Origin: Escherichia phage Murica
Strand: one strand, 5' to 3'
DNA length: 64,000 nt
Sequence record: NC_041871.1
Under the pieces are notes generated by a model that was not told the DNA's origin, searched no databases, and saw only the letters and a list, made by a program, of their open reading frames with translations. A program made the position numbers and the translations under genes. Positions 1-10,077 of the stretch are shown here, piece by piece; the first letter of the stretch is position 1; each line of letters opens with the position of its first letter.

Positions 1-1
1 G

Positions 2-556
2 AGGATCATAGCATTTTTTACCAACCTTGACAAGTGTAACGTTTGGCAACCCAAAAGGAAACTTGTTAGGGTCAAACCTGAAGCTGGCACGTAGCCAACT
101 GATCCCTCTACCTATCATGTCGGGTGACCATGATGGGCAGTGTGTACCCATGAAAGGATCAGATGTTTTTCTGTCGTTATGTAGCTCCCACGATACCAGA
201 TCTCCATACGAGGAAATAGGATTACCGTCGATAAGTATATCTTCTATACCTTCCAGAGGGTGATTGGCAAGAACAATAGCACAATGGAGGGTTCTGTCGC
301 TATCCTGCTCCAAAAACGCAAGCAATCCGGATGTGCGTGTCTTCCCATACACTACAGAGCAGGGTGCAGCAGAAGATCTGAGAAGCTTTTGTCTATCTTG
401 CTGACTTCTGTAAGATTTGTTGCCCTCAAAAATCTTATCCAGAGTTCTGGTGGTAACAGTGTTCAGGCTGTCAGCCAGAGCTGCCTTGGATGCGTTCCAG
501 TCATAACTTGAAGATCTTGCAGAAGCAACGATGTTATCAATCATTGCAATTGGCAT
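2..556 (-). CDS. tail protein, N-terminal part; gene runs off the window start (3' end missing)
   Basis: ATG at 554-556 overlaps the upstream stop (TAATG coupling); reverse frame has no stop from 556 down to position 2; the ORF track omits it because no stop lies in the window. Confidence 0.5.
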   Translation of the reverse strand, partial: MPIAMIDNIVASARSSSYDWNASKAALADSLNTVTTRTLDKIFEGNKSYRSQQDRQKLLRSSAAPCSVVYGKTRTSGLLAFLEQDSDRTLHCAIVLANHPLEGIEDILIDGNPISSYGDLVSWELHNDRKTSDPFMGTHCPSWSPDMIGRGISWLRASFRFDPNKFPFGLPNVTLVKVGKKCYDP

Positions 557-981
557 TAATACCTCCAGACATCAACAACTATAGAATCTTTCATGTCGAA
601 CATAAAGACCCCTTTATCACCTTTCGCCAAAATCTGGTTGTTCCAGAACACACCAGCGGTGAGCCCGTTCAGACCTTCGAAGATAACAATATCGCCACGC
701 TGAACCTGTTTAGGAGTATCTAGTCGAGTCATAAAGAGATCAAAAACAGTAGGCAGGTGTGTGGTTTTGAAACGGAGCATGCACCATCTTTTGCTTTCCA
801 ACTCTGTTTTATACGTTCCTTCGAAGTTAGAAAGAAAATCTGTTCCGTATTGGGCATCAACACACTTAGCTGCAAAGGTGCAGCAATCGTGGAATCCCCA
901 TTCAAAAGGTATGGTGGCCTCTTCGTCAAACACTTTCCACAATCTTTCTTGCCAATCCACTAAACGAGGGTGTGTGCTCAT
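556..981 (-). CDS. hypothetical tail-associated protein (possible Cys peptidase-like FHDCC motif)
   Basis: ORF track 556..993 trimmed to the ATG at 979-981, which has a GGGAGG RBS and TAATG coupling with the upstream gene. Confidence 0.5.
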   Translation of the reverse strand: MSTHPRLVDWQERLWKVFDEEATIPFEWGFHDCCTFAAKCVDAQYGTDFLSNFEGTYKTELESKRWCMLRFKTTHLPTVFDLFMTRLDTPKQVQRGDIVIFEGLNGLTAGVFWNNQILAKGDKGVFMFDMKDSIVVDVWRY

Positions 982-1532
982 TAAACCTCCCAAATGATCG
1001 GGCGGCTCGCCACCTGATCCACATATTTAAAAAATCTGTCATTATCGTTTCTTGAGCTGTGGCTTTCCTCCGTGTACCGATAAGGAAAACCTCTTAACCA
1101 ACTGTTGAAGATGGAAGAAATGGATATGGACAAAGCACTATTCTCACCCGTCTGAATAGCCATATCTGTTATAAGGCCGTCAAACAAGCCATTGGTTGTA
1201 ACAGGCAGACCATTCTCCATAGCGGTAATGTACAACGTGGCACGACACCCAGAATACTCCGTCTTCAGCAGATCACCCACATACTTAGGATCAAACCCGT
1301 TCAATGTCGCTACCACAGATCCGAAGTTGGTGGCATCTTTCTCAGACACAGCAGTTAATGTTGCTGATCCACCTATCCCTATAAAATGTTGCCCCTCAAT
1401 TACTACAACACCAGTGCCTGAGCACACCCTGACAGTTCCTGTCGGTAGCTCCAGCTTTGCAGCAATTAAGATCTCAACACCATCAAGCTCCAGCTTTTCA
1501 AGAAATAAATTATCTAATGGCGCTCTAATCAT
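981..1532 (-). CDS. hypothetical tail protein
   Basis: ORF track 981..1547 trimmed to ATG at 1530-1532 (GAGGA RBS); lies in the tail gene block. Confidence 0.5.
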   Translation of the reverse strand: MIRAPLDNLFLEKLELDGVEILIAAKLELPTGTVRVCSGTGVVVIEGQHFIGIGGSATLTAVSEKDATNFGSVVATLNGFDPKYVGDLLKTEYSGCRATLYITAMENGLPVTTNGLFDGLITDMAIQTGENSALSISISSIFNSWLRGFPYRYTEESHSSRNDNDRFFKYVDQVASRPIIWEV

Positions 1533-1533
1533 C

Positions 1534-2124
1534 TTAGAAATCCTCAAAGAAGTTGATAACTATATTATCACCTTTTTGCATAGCATCGACTTTTTGCTTA
1601 ATTTTATAAATATCTCTGATATGAAACCTACCCTTTGGGGATTGAGTTATTATCTCCATAGTATCCCCTGCGGCAATAGGTTTTCTAAGTCTTGGAGATA
1701 TGCTTATAACAGCAGACCCAACACCATCGCTACGCACTGGAGCGGTTACCACTTTCAATTCATCATTGACAGATATTTTATCCCCAGCTCTAGCTATGTC
1801 TCTGTTTGGCTCCCACCCAACCGTCTTCAAAAAATCGTCGTTACCAGTAGGCCCAAGGGCGATTGGCTCATTAGCTGTAACTGAGTGACCGTAAGTTTTA
1901 ATAAGAAAGATGTTTCCATCTTTATACACCTGATCAACAAAGCTCTTAAGCTCTAGCAACTGTGACTCGCTGATATTGGAAACCGTCAAAGTGCCTTTCC
2001 AGTTAGGTGTGGCATAGGTTACTTTTTGCGTTTTACCTGTAAACGGACTTTTAAACGTAACAATATCTGCCAGCAGCTCCAATCTAATATCTGGAAGGTA
2101 TCTAGGCCTTTCCCATAAAAACAT
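1534..2124 (-). CDS. hypothetical tail protein
   Basis: 196-aa ORF with GGAGG RBS upstream of ATG; position downstream of the long fibre gene. Confidence 0.5.
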   Translation of the reverse strand: MFLWERPRYLPDIRLELLADIVTFKSPFTGKTQKVTYATPNWKGTLTVSNISESQLLELKSFVDQVYKDGNIFLIKTYGHSVTANEPIALGPTGNDDFLKTVGWEPNRDIARAGDKISVNDELKVVTAPVRSDGVGSAVISISPRLRKPIAAGDTMEIITQSPKGRFHIRDIYKIKQKVDAMQKGDNIVINFFEDF

Positions 2125-2223
2125 TGTGCCTCCAGGTTAAACAATCATGATAGTTATTTTACCAGATTTTAAGTTAATACGCAATACAAACAAAAAGCCC
2201 CCGCCGAAGCGAGGGCAAAACAG

Positions 2224-5200
2224 TTACTTCAGTTTCTCTTGCAACCCAGTAACAACCTCTGTCAATTTTTTAACCTGCTCCTCAAGGGCGGTTATTTTAT
2301 CGTCCTGTTCCCTGCAAACCTGGACAAGCAAGCCTGTTACAGCTGCGTAGTCAACGTTATAGAACCTTTCTTCTGTTATCAAAGGAGTTCCATCTTGATC
2401 AGGATTTGGGATTTCCTTCCTTTTCACGAAAGACCCTACTGCCTCTGGCAATGCTTCCATGACCTCTTGAGCAATTACCCCCGCGTGAGGCATACCATTC
2501 TCTTTTAAAGTGTAGGTATAGCCCTTCATCTTACGGATAGCTTCCAGCGCGTTAGGAATAACCTCTATATTGTCCTTCAGGTCTCTATCAGAGCTCTGGC
2601 TCACAGTGGTGCACTCTACTACACCGTTGACAGCAAAATATCTTGACTTAGCCTCGTCTGACCTAGTGCCACAGTGGAATACCCAGCTAGCAGATGCAGC
2701 GTTGTCGTTTACCTGAAACTCAAGCACGTTCTTCCTGTCTGCGTTACCCCAATAGAACATTCTACCTGTATTGGTAGGTAAGTTATCGGCGTTGCTAGAA
2801 AGACTATTAGCACCGACATGAATTTCCAGTTGATTACTGGTTTCACCAAAAGTGTAATTAGGTCTTAACTGAATGCCTTTACCAGCATCGTGTCTCCATT
2901 CTTCCCAAGTAAAGACATCGCCAACGTAGTTACCAGCACGAGTATATCTGTCACCAAAATAGGTGATATATTCCTGCACACAACCTTGAGGTCTGTTAGC
3001 TGTGTTTTTGTAAACAAGCAGTGTACCAGCGTACGGAGCAGGGTAGTGGCGATCTATTACAAGTGCGTCAGCGTTTGAACCTTGGTGATAGAAACCTTCA
3101 CGGCTACCATCGTAGGCATTAAGGTCTTCTGTCCCCAGACCTTGACCACGGTGCTGAATAACTTTGTTCCACGCCCTGTGGTTACCACCCTCAATAGATC
3201 TGGTGTATAACTGATCAAGGCGACCAGCCATTTGGAAAGCATAGTTTCCAGAAAACGCCACAGACAGTCCACCAACAACCATCGAACCTTCCGGTCCGTT
3301 GACATTGCCAGCCATTATCTTGGAGGGGTTTGTATTACCAAACTGATTGTTCCAGTCAGCACCTGTCTGGCAAACATAGCCTCCAGGAGGGAAAAATGTG
3401 CCGTCTTTGTTGAAATTGTAGAACTTATGAGCTGTACCTACAACATCGCGAACGATAACTTGACCAGCTTCCGGAGTAGATCTGAACTCTGCCTGGCCTT
3501 GCAGTCTTGCACCATTACCACATTTAGAGGTAAAGGTGTTGTTGATCAGATCCTCTGTTCCTTCCGATGCAGCTTGGAACCCTGCGTTAGAGAACAGTGC
3601 TTTTCTAGTGGTCTGACTACCAGGACAAATGTAGTCAATACCGTCTGCCCAAAGCTCGACTTTAGGCATGTTCATTTTGCTCATCACTGCATAGCGTTCA
3701 GGAGTCCCCAGGTAGTGCCACATAGTTCCACCACCAGTGTAGAAACCTGATGTTCCTTTGAACTCAACCAGAGGTCTGGTGTTTGTTACATCATCACCTT
3801 TGATTGCAAGACTCAAATCTGCAGATTCCAGAGGAGCACAGAACTTGACACCATCTTGGTTACCTGTCACGTTGCCTACCTGCCAATCAGCCTCCCTGGT
3901 TGACACTTCTATTACAGTAGCGCCAGCATATACCGTAACAGGGAATGCACGTGCCTCTACATAGAATGCAACATACTCCTGCTTACCTCTGGTTGGAGAT
4001 ACACATCCGAGGATTGCTCTCTCGTTTTGGTAGAAATTAATAACCCCTTGGAAAGAATCACCTCTGTCTGTCCAGCCACCAGTTCTGTAGTGACACTGTA
4101 GTGTAGCACAGTTCATTGGGTCGCCGCCAGAAGAAGATCTGGTGACAATGGTTAAATCTGTCCCGATAGTTGCTGCAAAGTTGGGGTCAGTTCTGACGAT
4201 AATAGGATAATACTTACCGTCCTGCATAGCTGCAGTTCTAGGCAGGTTTACATATGGTCTAGCACCTGCTGCCAGAGGGATTCTGAATTGTGCTTGAGCA
4301 TCCCCTACAGTCCTGGCACTGGTACCACCACAAGCTATCGGTAGTGGTTCCCATTTGGCTTTCCGGTTGTTATAAACACCCCACTCAAGCGTTCCTTCAC
4401 CTTGCTCGTCCATACCGCCATCCCAAATGACCATCTTGGCGGCTTTCTTAGATCCCCAGAAACCTCTTTCTGCTCCTGAACTGCGGATCCATTCTCCAAG
4501 TCCCCAGTTTGTCAGCTGACCAGTAAGATCCCCAACCTGCATATATTTAGGGCAGTCTAATACGCCGTCTTCGCGGAAACCTAAATATTTATGAGTTTCA
4601 GATCCTTTTGCACCTTTGTGCAGGTGGATTGTCAGCCAAGCCTTATTGTCGTTTCTTACCTCAGAGTAGATCCTATATCCATGCTCAAGAACACCATCGG
4701 TGTTATATTTATCTCCATGGAGAATACCTGAGGCCGATTTAACATCTCCAGAGTATTGAGCTAAGTAAAGGTGCCCAAAGGCTGGCGAGTTGTTTTTACC
4801 AAGGCCAATATGAGATCTGAAGGTATCATCGTTACGAGGTCTGACCATCGGCTGCCATGCAGTCCACTGATTTGTGTTGGCCTGATAGGTTCTCAAATAC
4901 CAAACATCTACGTTAGAGAATGGATAGTATTCCTGACGACAACCTGTACCTCCGTTAGCATTGTTCTGCCAAACAATCAAGTGACCAGCACCAGAACCTG
5001 CAGGGTAACCATTTGCCTCGGTTGCATAAGCAGTCATCGGCTGGTAGTATACACCATCCTGATTACCAGTCAAGTTATTGATATTGAAATTTGACTCAAG
5101 AGCTGCACGTTGCTTATAGAAAGCCCCTAAGTTAATGCGTGCACCTGCGGCATCTCTGGCCCCCGTACCGCCTTGCTCTATAGCAAGAGGCTGCCACGAG

Positions 5201-6036
5201 GCTGTTTGTTGGTTCCACATGCCCCAACGGCCTGTTGCGTCAAGCTGCAAGTACCCTGCCGTGTTTAAATCATCTCCAGCACGGATAACTGTTCTTGTTG
5301 GGTTGTTTGCCTCCAGGCGTTTAAATTCATCACGAAGTGCTATTCTTTTTGTTGTTGCTACACCGTTGGTTACTGCGATGGTATACATGGCTCCGGATGT
5401 AGCGCCACGGAAAATACCATCAACAGTTGTAGTATCACGACGAGATACCACACCGTTCAGAAATTTTTCACCAGCTGCTACAGAAGGGTAGTTGGTGGTT
5501 CTTCCCTCTTCAATAACTGCAGGACCCACAAAGTTATCAAGGTGAATAACATCACCTACAGTGTGCACCGTACCAAAATCTACACGCTGTGCAAGTGCTT
5601 TAGCATCGTTAGCTGTCTGAACAGTAACATCCATTACATCCTGGACAGACTGCCCTTCGGCTGTCATGATCATAGATGCGCCAATGGTAGATTCCAGCTC
5701 CTCCCTTAGGGACGGGTCAGTATATACCATCCATGCAGCGTCAGTAATCCCACCATCGGAGTACGGTGAAGATAGTGCAGGAACAGTGTGTGGAAATTCG
5801 CCTTTCCAACGCAGGTAGAGATCTTCCTCTTCGAAATAGGCAAAATCCATTGGGCCGTTTAACTTACCACCTTCCTTAAAGGAGATTACATGAGAAACAG
5901 TCCCATCCACATGGACAACATCGCCAATTTTTACACGACGGGTCAGGTCTGGTTGTTGAACAACCAGGTAATCATCCTCTGTCACTGCGGTAGTGGCAGG
6001 AAGAGATTCAATTCTGACAACTTTAATATCAGCCAT
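2224..6036 (-). CDS. long tail fibre protein with C-terminal intramolecular chaperone (peptidase S74-like) domain
   Basis: 1270 aa; N-terminal motif shared with the 8671..9339 protein; C-terminus carries an SDRDLKDNIE...GYTY motif typical of autoproteolytic fibre chaperone domains, followed by a coiled coil. Confidence 0.75.
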   Translation of the reverse strand: MADIKVVRIESLPATTAVTEDDYLVVQQPDLTRRVKIGDVVHVDGTVSHVISFKEGGKLNGPMDFAYFEEEDLYLRWKGEFPHTVPALSSPYSDGGITDAAWMVYTDPSLREELESTIGASMIMTAEGQSVQDVMDVTVQTANDAKALAQRVDFGTVHTVGDVIHLDNFVGPAVIEEGRTTNYPSVAAGEKFLNGVVSRRDTTTVDGIFRGATSGAMYTIAVTNGVATTKRIALRDEFKRLEANNPTRTVIRAGDDLNTAGYLQLDATGRWGMWNQQTASWQPLAIEQGGTGARDAAGARINLGAFYKQRAALESNFNINNLTGNQDGVYYQPMTAYATEANGYPAGSGAGHLIVWQNNANGGTGCRQEYYPFSNVDVWYLRTYQANTNQWTAWQPMVRPRNDDTFRSHIGLGKNNSPAFGHLYLAQYSGDVKSASGILHGDKYNTDGVLEHGYRIYSEVRNDNKAWLTIHLHKGAKGSETHKYLGFREDGVLDCPKYMQVGDLTGQLTNWGLGEWIRSSGAERGFWGSKKAAKMVIWDGGMDEQGEGTLEWGVYNNRKAKWEPLPIACGGTSARTVGDAQAQFRIPLAAGARPYVNLPRTAAMQDGKYYPIIVRTDPNFAATIGTDLTIVTRSSSGGDPMNCATLQCHYRTGGWTDRGDSFQGVINFYQNERAILGCVSPTRGKQEYVAFYVEARAFPVTVYAGATVIEVSTREADWQVGNVTGNQDGVKFCAPLESADLSLAIKGDDVTNTRPLVEFKGTSGFYTGGGTMWHYLGTPERYAVMSKMNMPKVELWADGIDYICPGSQTTRKALFSNAGFQAASEGTEDLINNTFTSKCGNGARLQGQAEFRSTPEAGQVIVRDVVGTAHKFYNFNKDGTFFPPGGYVCQTGADWNNQFGNTNPSKIMAGNVNGPEGSMVVGGLSVAFSGNYAFQMAGRLDQLYTRSIEGGNHRAWNKVIQHRGQGLGTEDLNAYDGSREGFYHQGSNADALVIDRHYPAPYAGTLLVYKNTANRPQGCVQEYITYFGDRYTRAGNYVGDVFTWEEWRHDAGKGIQLRPNYTFGETSNQLEIHVGANSLSSNADNLPTNTGRMFYWGNADRKNVLEFQVNDNAASASWVFHCGTRSDEAKSRYFAVNGVVECTTVSQSSDRDLKDNIEVIPNALEAIRKMKGYTYTLKENGMPHAGVIAQEVMEALPEAVGSFVKRKEIPNPDQDGTPLITEERFYNVDYAAVTGLLVQVCREQDDKITALEEQVKKLTEVVTGLQEKLK

Positions 6037-6071
6037 TCTTTCTCCTGAAAGGGGGCAAACAGCCCCCTATG

Positions 6072-8669
6072 TTAAAGGTACAATCCACGGTATTGAGCAT
6101 AAAGGCCCAGACCGCGAAGGATTTCGCCAGAGTGATAGCCCACCGGATCAGAAACTGCCCAGCAGCCGTTTAAAACATTATCCCCATTGATGAAGTGGTG
6201 CTTTTGCAGTAGCTTCATACAGGCTTCTACAACAATGTCTATTTGAGGTATTGTCTCTGAATACCCGCACAGACCTAGCCAGCAGCAACCTGCAAGCCAT
6301 TCACCTACCACCCACATCCTGTCCCCTCTGTCTTGATAAGAATATCCCCCAGAGGTGTTAAAGTCTGTAGGCAGATTTCCTGAATGAGATGACTGGAATC
6401 TGTTGAGGAACCATGCCCATTTCTGGCAGAACAGGAATAATCTTTCATCAACAGGTTCTTTATGTTTCTTGAGCTCATAGATTGTGCGGCACGCAGCAAC
6501 AAAAGATCTTGACTGGAGCTTAGAGTTATCTACCATCTCCCACCAACCAGTCAGCCCTTCATTACCTCTCTGCCATACATAACGCGAGGCAACTGGACCC
6601 TCTGTCTTAAATGTATTATTATACCAGACTTGAGCGTCATACAGAAAGCCTATTGTATTTGACAATCTATGGCGATCTATGTTTTCTGCACCCATGCAGT
6701 ATACTGCTGGGTATTGCATGCCAGGGTAGGGCCAATTTGGCTTTTCCTCTAAGAGATAGTTTTCCTTATCTATCACCTTTCCGGCAGGGAACACACCTGG
6801 TGTGTGCCTGTATGCACCTTGCTTGTAGTTTCTGACATAGCAATCACCAACCTTAGCGGTTGATTCTGTCTTGCTTGCCATCCATACGCTAAACCATATT
6901 AGATAAGCATCCCTATCTGCAATATAGAACTGCGGCAGCGTGTTTACGCAGTACAGATCAAACAAGCCATTACCTATCTGCCTGTCGCTTAGGCTGAAAT
7001 CTACAGAGGTGAGCCCCTTAGGATTAGCAAAGAAAGGTTTAATCTCTTCTTCGGTGTGATGAGGTTGTGTCGGATCTAGTTTGAAATCTCCTAGAGTAAG
7101 AGTTTCTGTTATCCATTGTCCATTAGTGGCATATAGATCAGCATACCATAACCACCTATCTTTGTCAAGAAATTTGACCCTTACCATCTCATCATCTGAT
7201 CGATAAGTTACTGAGTTTAAAGAAATCTCTCTACCAAAATTGAAAGTTACTTTACCTCTTGCTATATTACAACGGGTGAAGTTGTCAGAGTGGTTGTAAA
7301 TGTCGGTATCATACTGCATACTAACACTAGCGCCACCGCTTACGACAATGTTTTCCTCTTTAGGTAAGAGATACGGATTACCGTCTTTACCAACTACCTC
7401 TACGAAATCAGTAACCTTGGCAACTATTTCTGTTACCTCTGCCCCTCCAAAAGGAACCCCTATCCTGTACTGTTTTTTGTTATTGTTGCCATCATTAAGG
7501 ATGAAATGTGGCTGGAACAGAACCCCTTCTCCTCCGAAATTCATAACAATTTCAGCATCTCTGCCTATTTTGTATGTAGTCCCTTTTTGAATTATTTCGC
7601 AAGGCTGGCGTGCGTTCATTCTAAAATTGATATACCCGTCACTGTCCCTGCTCATGGCAGGAACTGTTCCTGCAACAAGGCAAGTACCATCTGTAAACGG
7701 TGCCTTAATCAACGTGGTCTTCCTAAACAGTTTGTCGTAGGCGTTTATATCACTGAAATTAAGCAATTTGTTGTAAGACTGTTTAAACGCGGTGTAATAC
7801 TTTTCCTCACCTGTCAAGGTGTAGAGTTGATAACAAGCGTCACACCACATTTCTTCCCCGTCCAACTCTGGGGCCTGATTATCTGCAACCACGTTTATAG
7901 GATTTACAATTACAGGGGATCCTGCAGGTATCACCGATCCGCCCTGCTCTTGAGGTAATCTTACACAATAGGTCACCTTGTGGCTGCCTGTAACACCCTT
8001 ATCTTGTAATTGGATTGTGCCGAACTCTACAGACGTATGACCACTGTCGGCTATGCTACCGTTAGCCCAATAGCGGTTACCATCCCATGCTATGTACCAC
8101 TCAACCCACCAACTTAATCCGGATGTTGTCCAATCTGGGTTAGCATCTGTGCCACCGTAAACATCAGAGTCTACAGTGTTTCTTCCTAACACACCGTTAT
8201 ACGCTTGGAATGCCTTGTCAAGGTATTCCCCCCATGTCGGAGATCCAGCTGGGATTTTTCCTCTACCGTTGGTAAAAGACACCACCACATCTTTAAACCC
8301 ACCATGTGATGGAACCCCATCTGTGGATAGAGGGTAGTGGGACAATCTTTGCATTTTACTTTCTACTGCATATGTACCCAGAAGATGGCTATTGTAAGCT
8401 TCCCAAGCATCTTTTGCCCTATCCAGATAGAAATCGCTTTTCGATGCCCTGTATGCTTCAATGTATCCCAGAATCAACACAGCTTGGGACTCATGCATTG
8501 CCCAATCATTATTTATCTTATTACCTGCCCACCCTGCAGCTATAAGACCATCAGGGTTTACTAGCTTATTTTGTGTAGAGGTGTTGGTAATACCTGTGTT
8601 GTTATCGAGGCACTTCCTGTGCCCCTCAATCATCTGAAATACGTTATCAATGTTATGTTGAATACGCAT
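6072..8669 (-). CDS. tail-associated protein, putative polysaccharide-degrading enzyme (depolymerase-like)
   Basis: 865-aa ORF immediately after the short anchor-domain protein; Trp/Tyr/Asp-rich sequence suggestive of a carbohydrate-active fold; no anchor domain of its own. Confidence 0.45.
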   Translation of the reverse strand: MRIQHNIDNVFQMIEGHRKCLDNNTGITNTSTQNKLVNPDGLIAAGWAGNKINNDWAMHESQAVLILGYIEAYRASKSDFYLDRAKDAWEAYNSHLLGTYAVESKMQRLSHYPLSTDGVPSHGGFKDVVVSFTNGRGKIPAGSPTWGEYLDKAFQAYNGVLGRNTVDSDVYGGTDANPDWTTSGLSWWVEWYIAWDGNRYWANGSIADSGHTSVEFGTIQLQDKGVTGSHKVTYCVRLPQEQGGSVIPAGSPVIVNPINVVADNQAPELDGEEMWCDACYQLYTLTGEEKYYTAFKQSYNKLLNFSDINAYDKLFRKTTLIKAPFTDGTCLVAGTVPAMSRDSDGYINFRMNARQPCEIIQKGTTYKIGRDAEIVMNFGGEGVLFQPHFILNDGNNNKKQYRIGVPFGGAEVTEIVAKVTDFVEVVGKDGNPYLLPKEENIVVSGGASVSMQYDTDIYNHSDNFTRCNIARGKVTFNFGREISLNSVTYRSDDEMVRVKFLDKDRWLWYADLYATNGQWITETLTLGDFKLDPTQPHHTEEEIKPFFANPKGLTSVDFSLSDRQIGNGLFDLYCVNTLPQFYIADRDAYLIWFSVWMASKTESTAKVGDCYVRNYKQGAYRHTPGVFPAGKVIDKENYLLEEKPNWPYPGMQYPAVYCMGAENIDRHRLSNTIGFLYDAQVWYNNTFKTEGPVASRYVWQRGNEGLTGWWEMVDNSKLQSRSFVAACRTIYELKKHKEPVDERLFLFCQKWAWFLNRFQSSHSGNLPTDFNTSGGYSYQDRGDRMWVVGEWLAGCCWLGLCGYSETIPQIDIVVEACMKLLQKHHFINGDNVLNGCWAVSDPVGYHSGEILRGLGLYAQYRGLYL

Positions 8670-8670
8670 C

Positions 8671-9339
8671 TTAGATAGCTCCTGCGATAATCAGTGCCCC
8701 GTACCAAGTTAACCCGTTGTCGTAGGTTTCCAACTTGAAAATATCTGTTGCACCAGCTGTAAATGTTAGGATAGGATCTCTTCCGTAGGACCATTTAACA
8801 TTACCAGGCCAATAGACTTTGTTGCCGCCAGAGGTCTGAGTAATGCATACGGTTATAGTTCTCGCCACCCCTTCAAGACCTTCTGTTTGATTTTCAAAAG
8901 AGATTGTGGTATTTGAAGTTAGTCGAACCTTAAAGGTATCCGCAACTTCAAGATCCATATCAAGCTGACCACCGATAGATCCGTAATCAACTATTCTGCC
9001 AGAAGAAGTTGCAGCAAGCTCACCAAAAACAGACCAGGCATTTGCAGACACGCCCCCAGCACCCTCTACGGTGGAGTCTGGGAGGATTATTTTAGGATAA
9101 TCCCCGTTCCACGTGTAGTAGCGCTTAGTCTCTGGGTCATAAGCAAAGTCCTTCTTGCTCTTAAGATAACCACCCTCTGTGAAATAGACTATCTTAGTAA
9201 TACTAAGATCGTTGACAACATCGTCAATCTTAGCCTTTCTTGTCCCATCAGTCTGGTTGACAACCAAGAAGTCATCACTCAGGACTGTTTCTGCATCTTC
9301 AAGATCTGGAATTGGTATTGTAGGATAAGCTACAGCCAT
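8671..9339 (-). CDS. tail fibre-like adaptor protein (N-terminal anchor domain)
   Basis: 222 aa; its N-terminal 100 aa share a conserved pattern with the N-terminus of the 1270-aa fibre. Confidence 0.55.
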   Translation of the reverse strand: MAVAYPTIPIPDLEDAETVLSDDFLVVNQTDGTRKAKIDDVVNDLSITKIVYFTEGGYLKSKKDFAYDPETKRYYTWNGDYPKIILPDSTVEGAGGVSANAWSVFGELAATSSGRIVDYGSIGGQLDMDLEVADTFKVRLTSNTTISFENQTEGLEGVARTITVCITQTSGGNKVYWPGNVKWSYGRDPILTFTAGATDIFKLETYDNGLTWYGALIIAGAI

Positions 9340-9348
9340 GATTTCTCC

Positions 9349-10065
9349 TTAGTTAACATCAATAGCACGACCAGACTGGTTGGCAATAGCCTCATCATTG
9401 GAGGTAGCAATAACACCAGAGTATTCGCGCTCATCTGGAGCAAGCGTCCAGGTATTGCGGTTAATGGTTTGTTCTGCCTCAGTCATCAGCAGATCTTTAT
9501 CCTGAGTCAACAGAGAGCCTACAGGGATCGGGTTTTCCATCTCAGGGCCAGCATACTGGTTCCACCATGTGGCATCTCCTGTTCTAGGCAATCTGAAGTT
9601 GATCAGATAGTACAGTTTATTAGCCCACTTAATCCAACCCTCATCATCACAGAGAGAGGTTGTCCCAGAATCAGGCTGTGGGTAGGTGAACTGATCAAGA
9701 CCTACGAAAGCCAGCCTTACAATCTCGTTCTCTTTGGTAACAACCTCGAAGAACGCTTGGTATGTTCTCGATCTTCGGTCCATGGTAGACTGGAAGTTTA
9801 TGATGTTTAGCACATCCGGCTCTTGTCTTGCCACTTCCATGATCTTGTTATCAAGAACAGTCTTCATGACCTTCTTGCTGAGAAAGTCCATATAAGGGAA
9901 GCCAAACAGCTCGTCAAAGTACCAGCTCCCCTTCCACGTATTAAACCTCATCCACAAGCGCTGGCGCAGACTTACCTGGTTTGAATCTATCAACTCAAGA
10001 CCTTTGTCTATCGCCAAATCGCCTGTCTGCGGGTCCATCAATATATCACTATAAAGCGTAGCCAT
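9349..10065 (-). CDS. hypothetical baseplate/tail protein
   Basis: 238-aa ORF in the tail block, ATG start. Confidence 0.45.
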   Translation of the reverse strand: MATLYSDILMDPQTGDLAIDKGLELIDSNQVSLRQRLWMRFNTWKGSWYFDELFGFPYMDFLSKKVMKTVLDNKIMEVARQEPDVLNIINFQSTMDRRSRTYQAFFEVVTKENEIVRLAFVGLDQFTYPQPDSGTTSLCDDEGWIKWANKLYYLINFRLPRTGDATWWNQYAGPEMENPIPVGSLLTQDKDLLMTEAEQTINRNTWTLAPDEREYSGVIATSNDEAIANQSGRAIDVN

Positions 10066-10077
10066 GAAAGCCCTCTA

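Noticed and set aside
27-723. Plus-strand ORFs 27..263, 260..511 and 490..723 from the six-frame track
   Set aside because: They overlap the long open minus-strand frame 2..556, which is translationally coupled to the upstream tail gene and continues the leftward structural block; most likely antisense artefacts.
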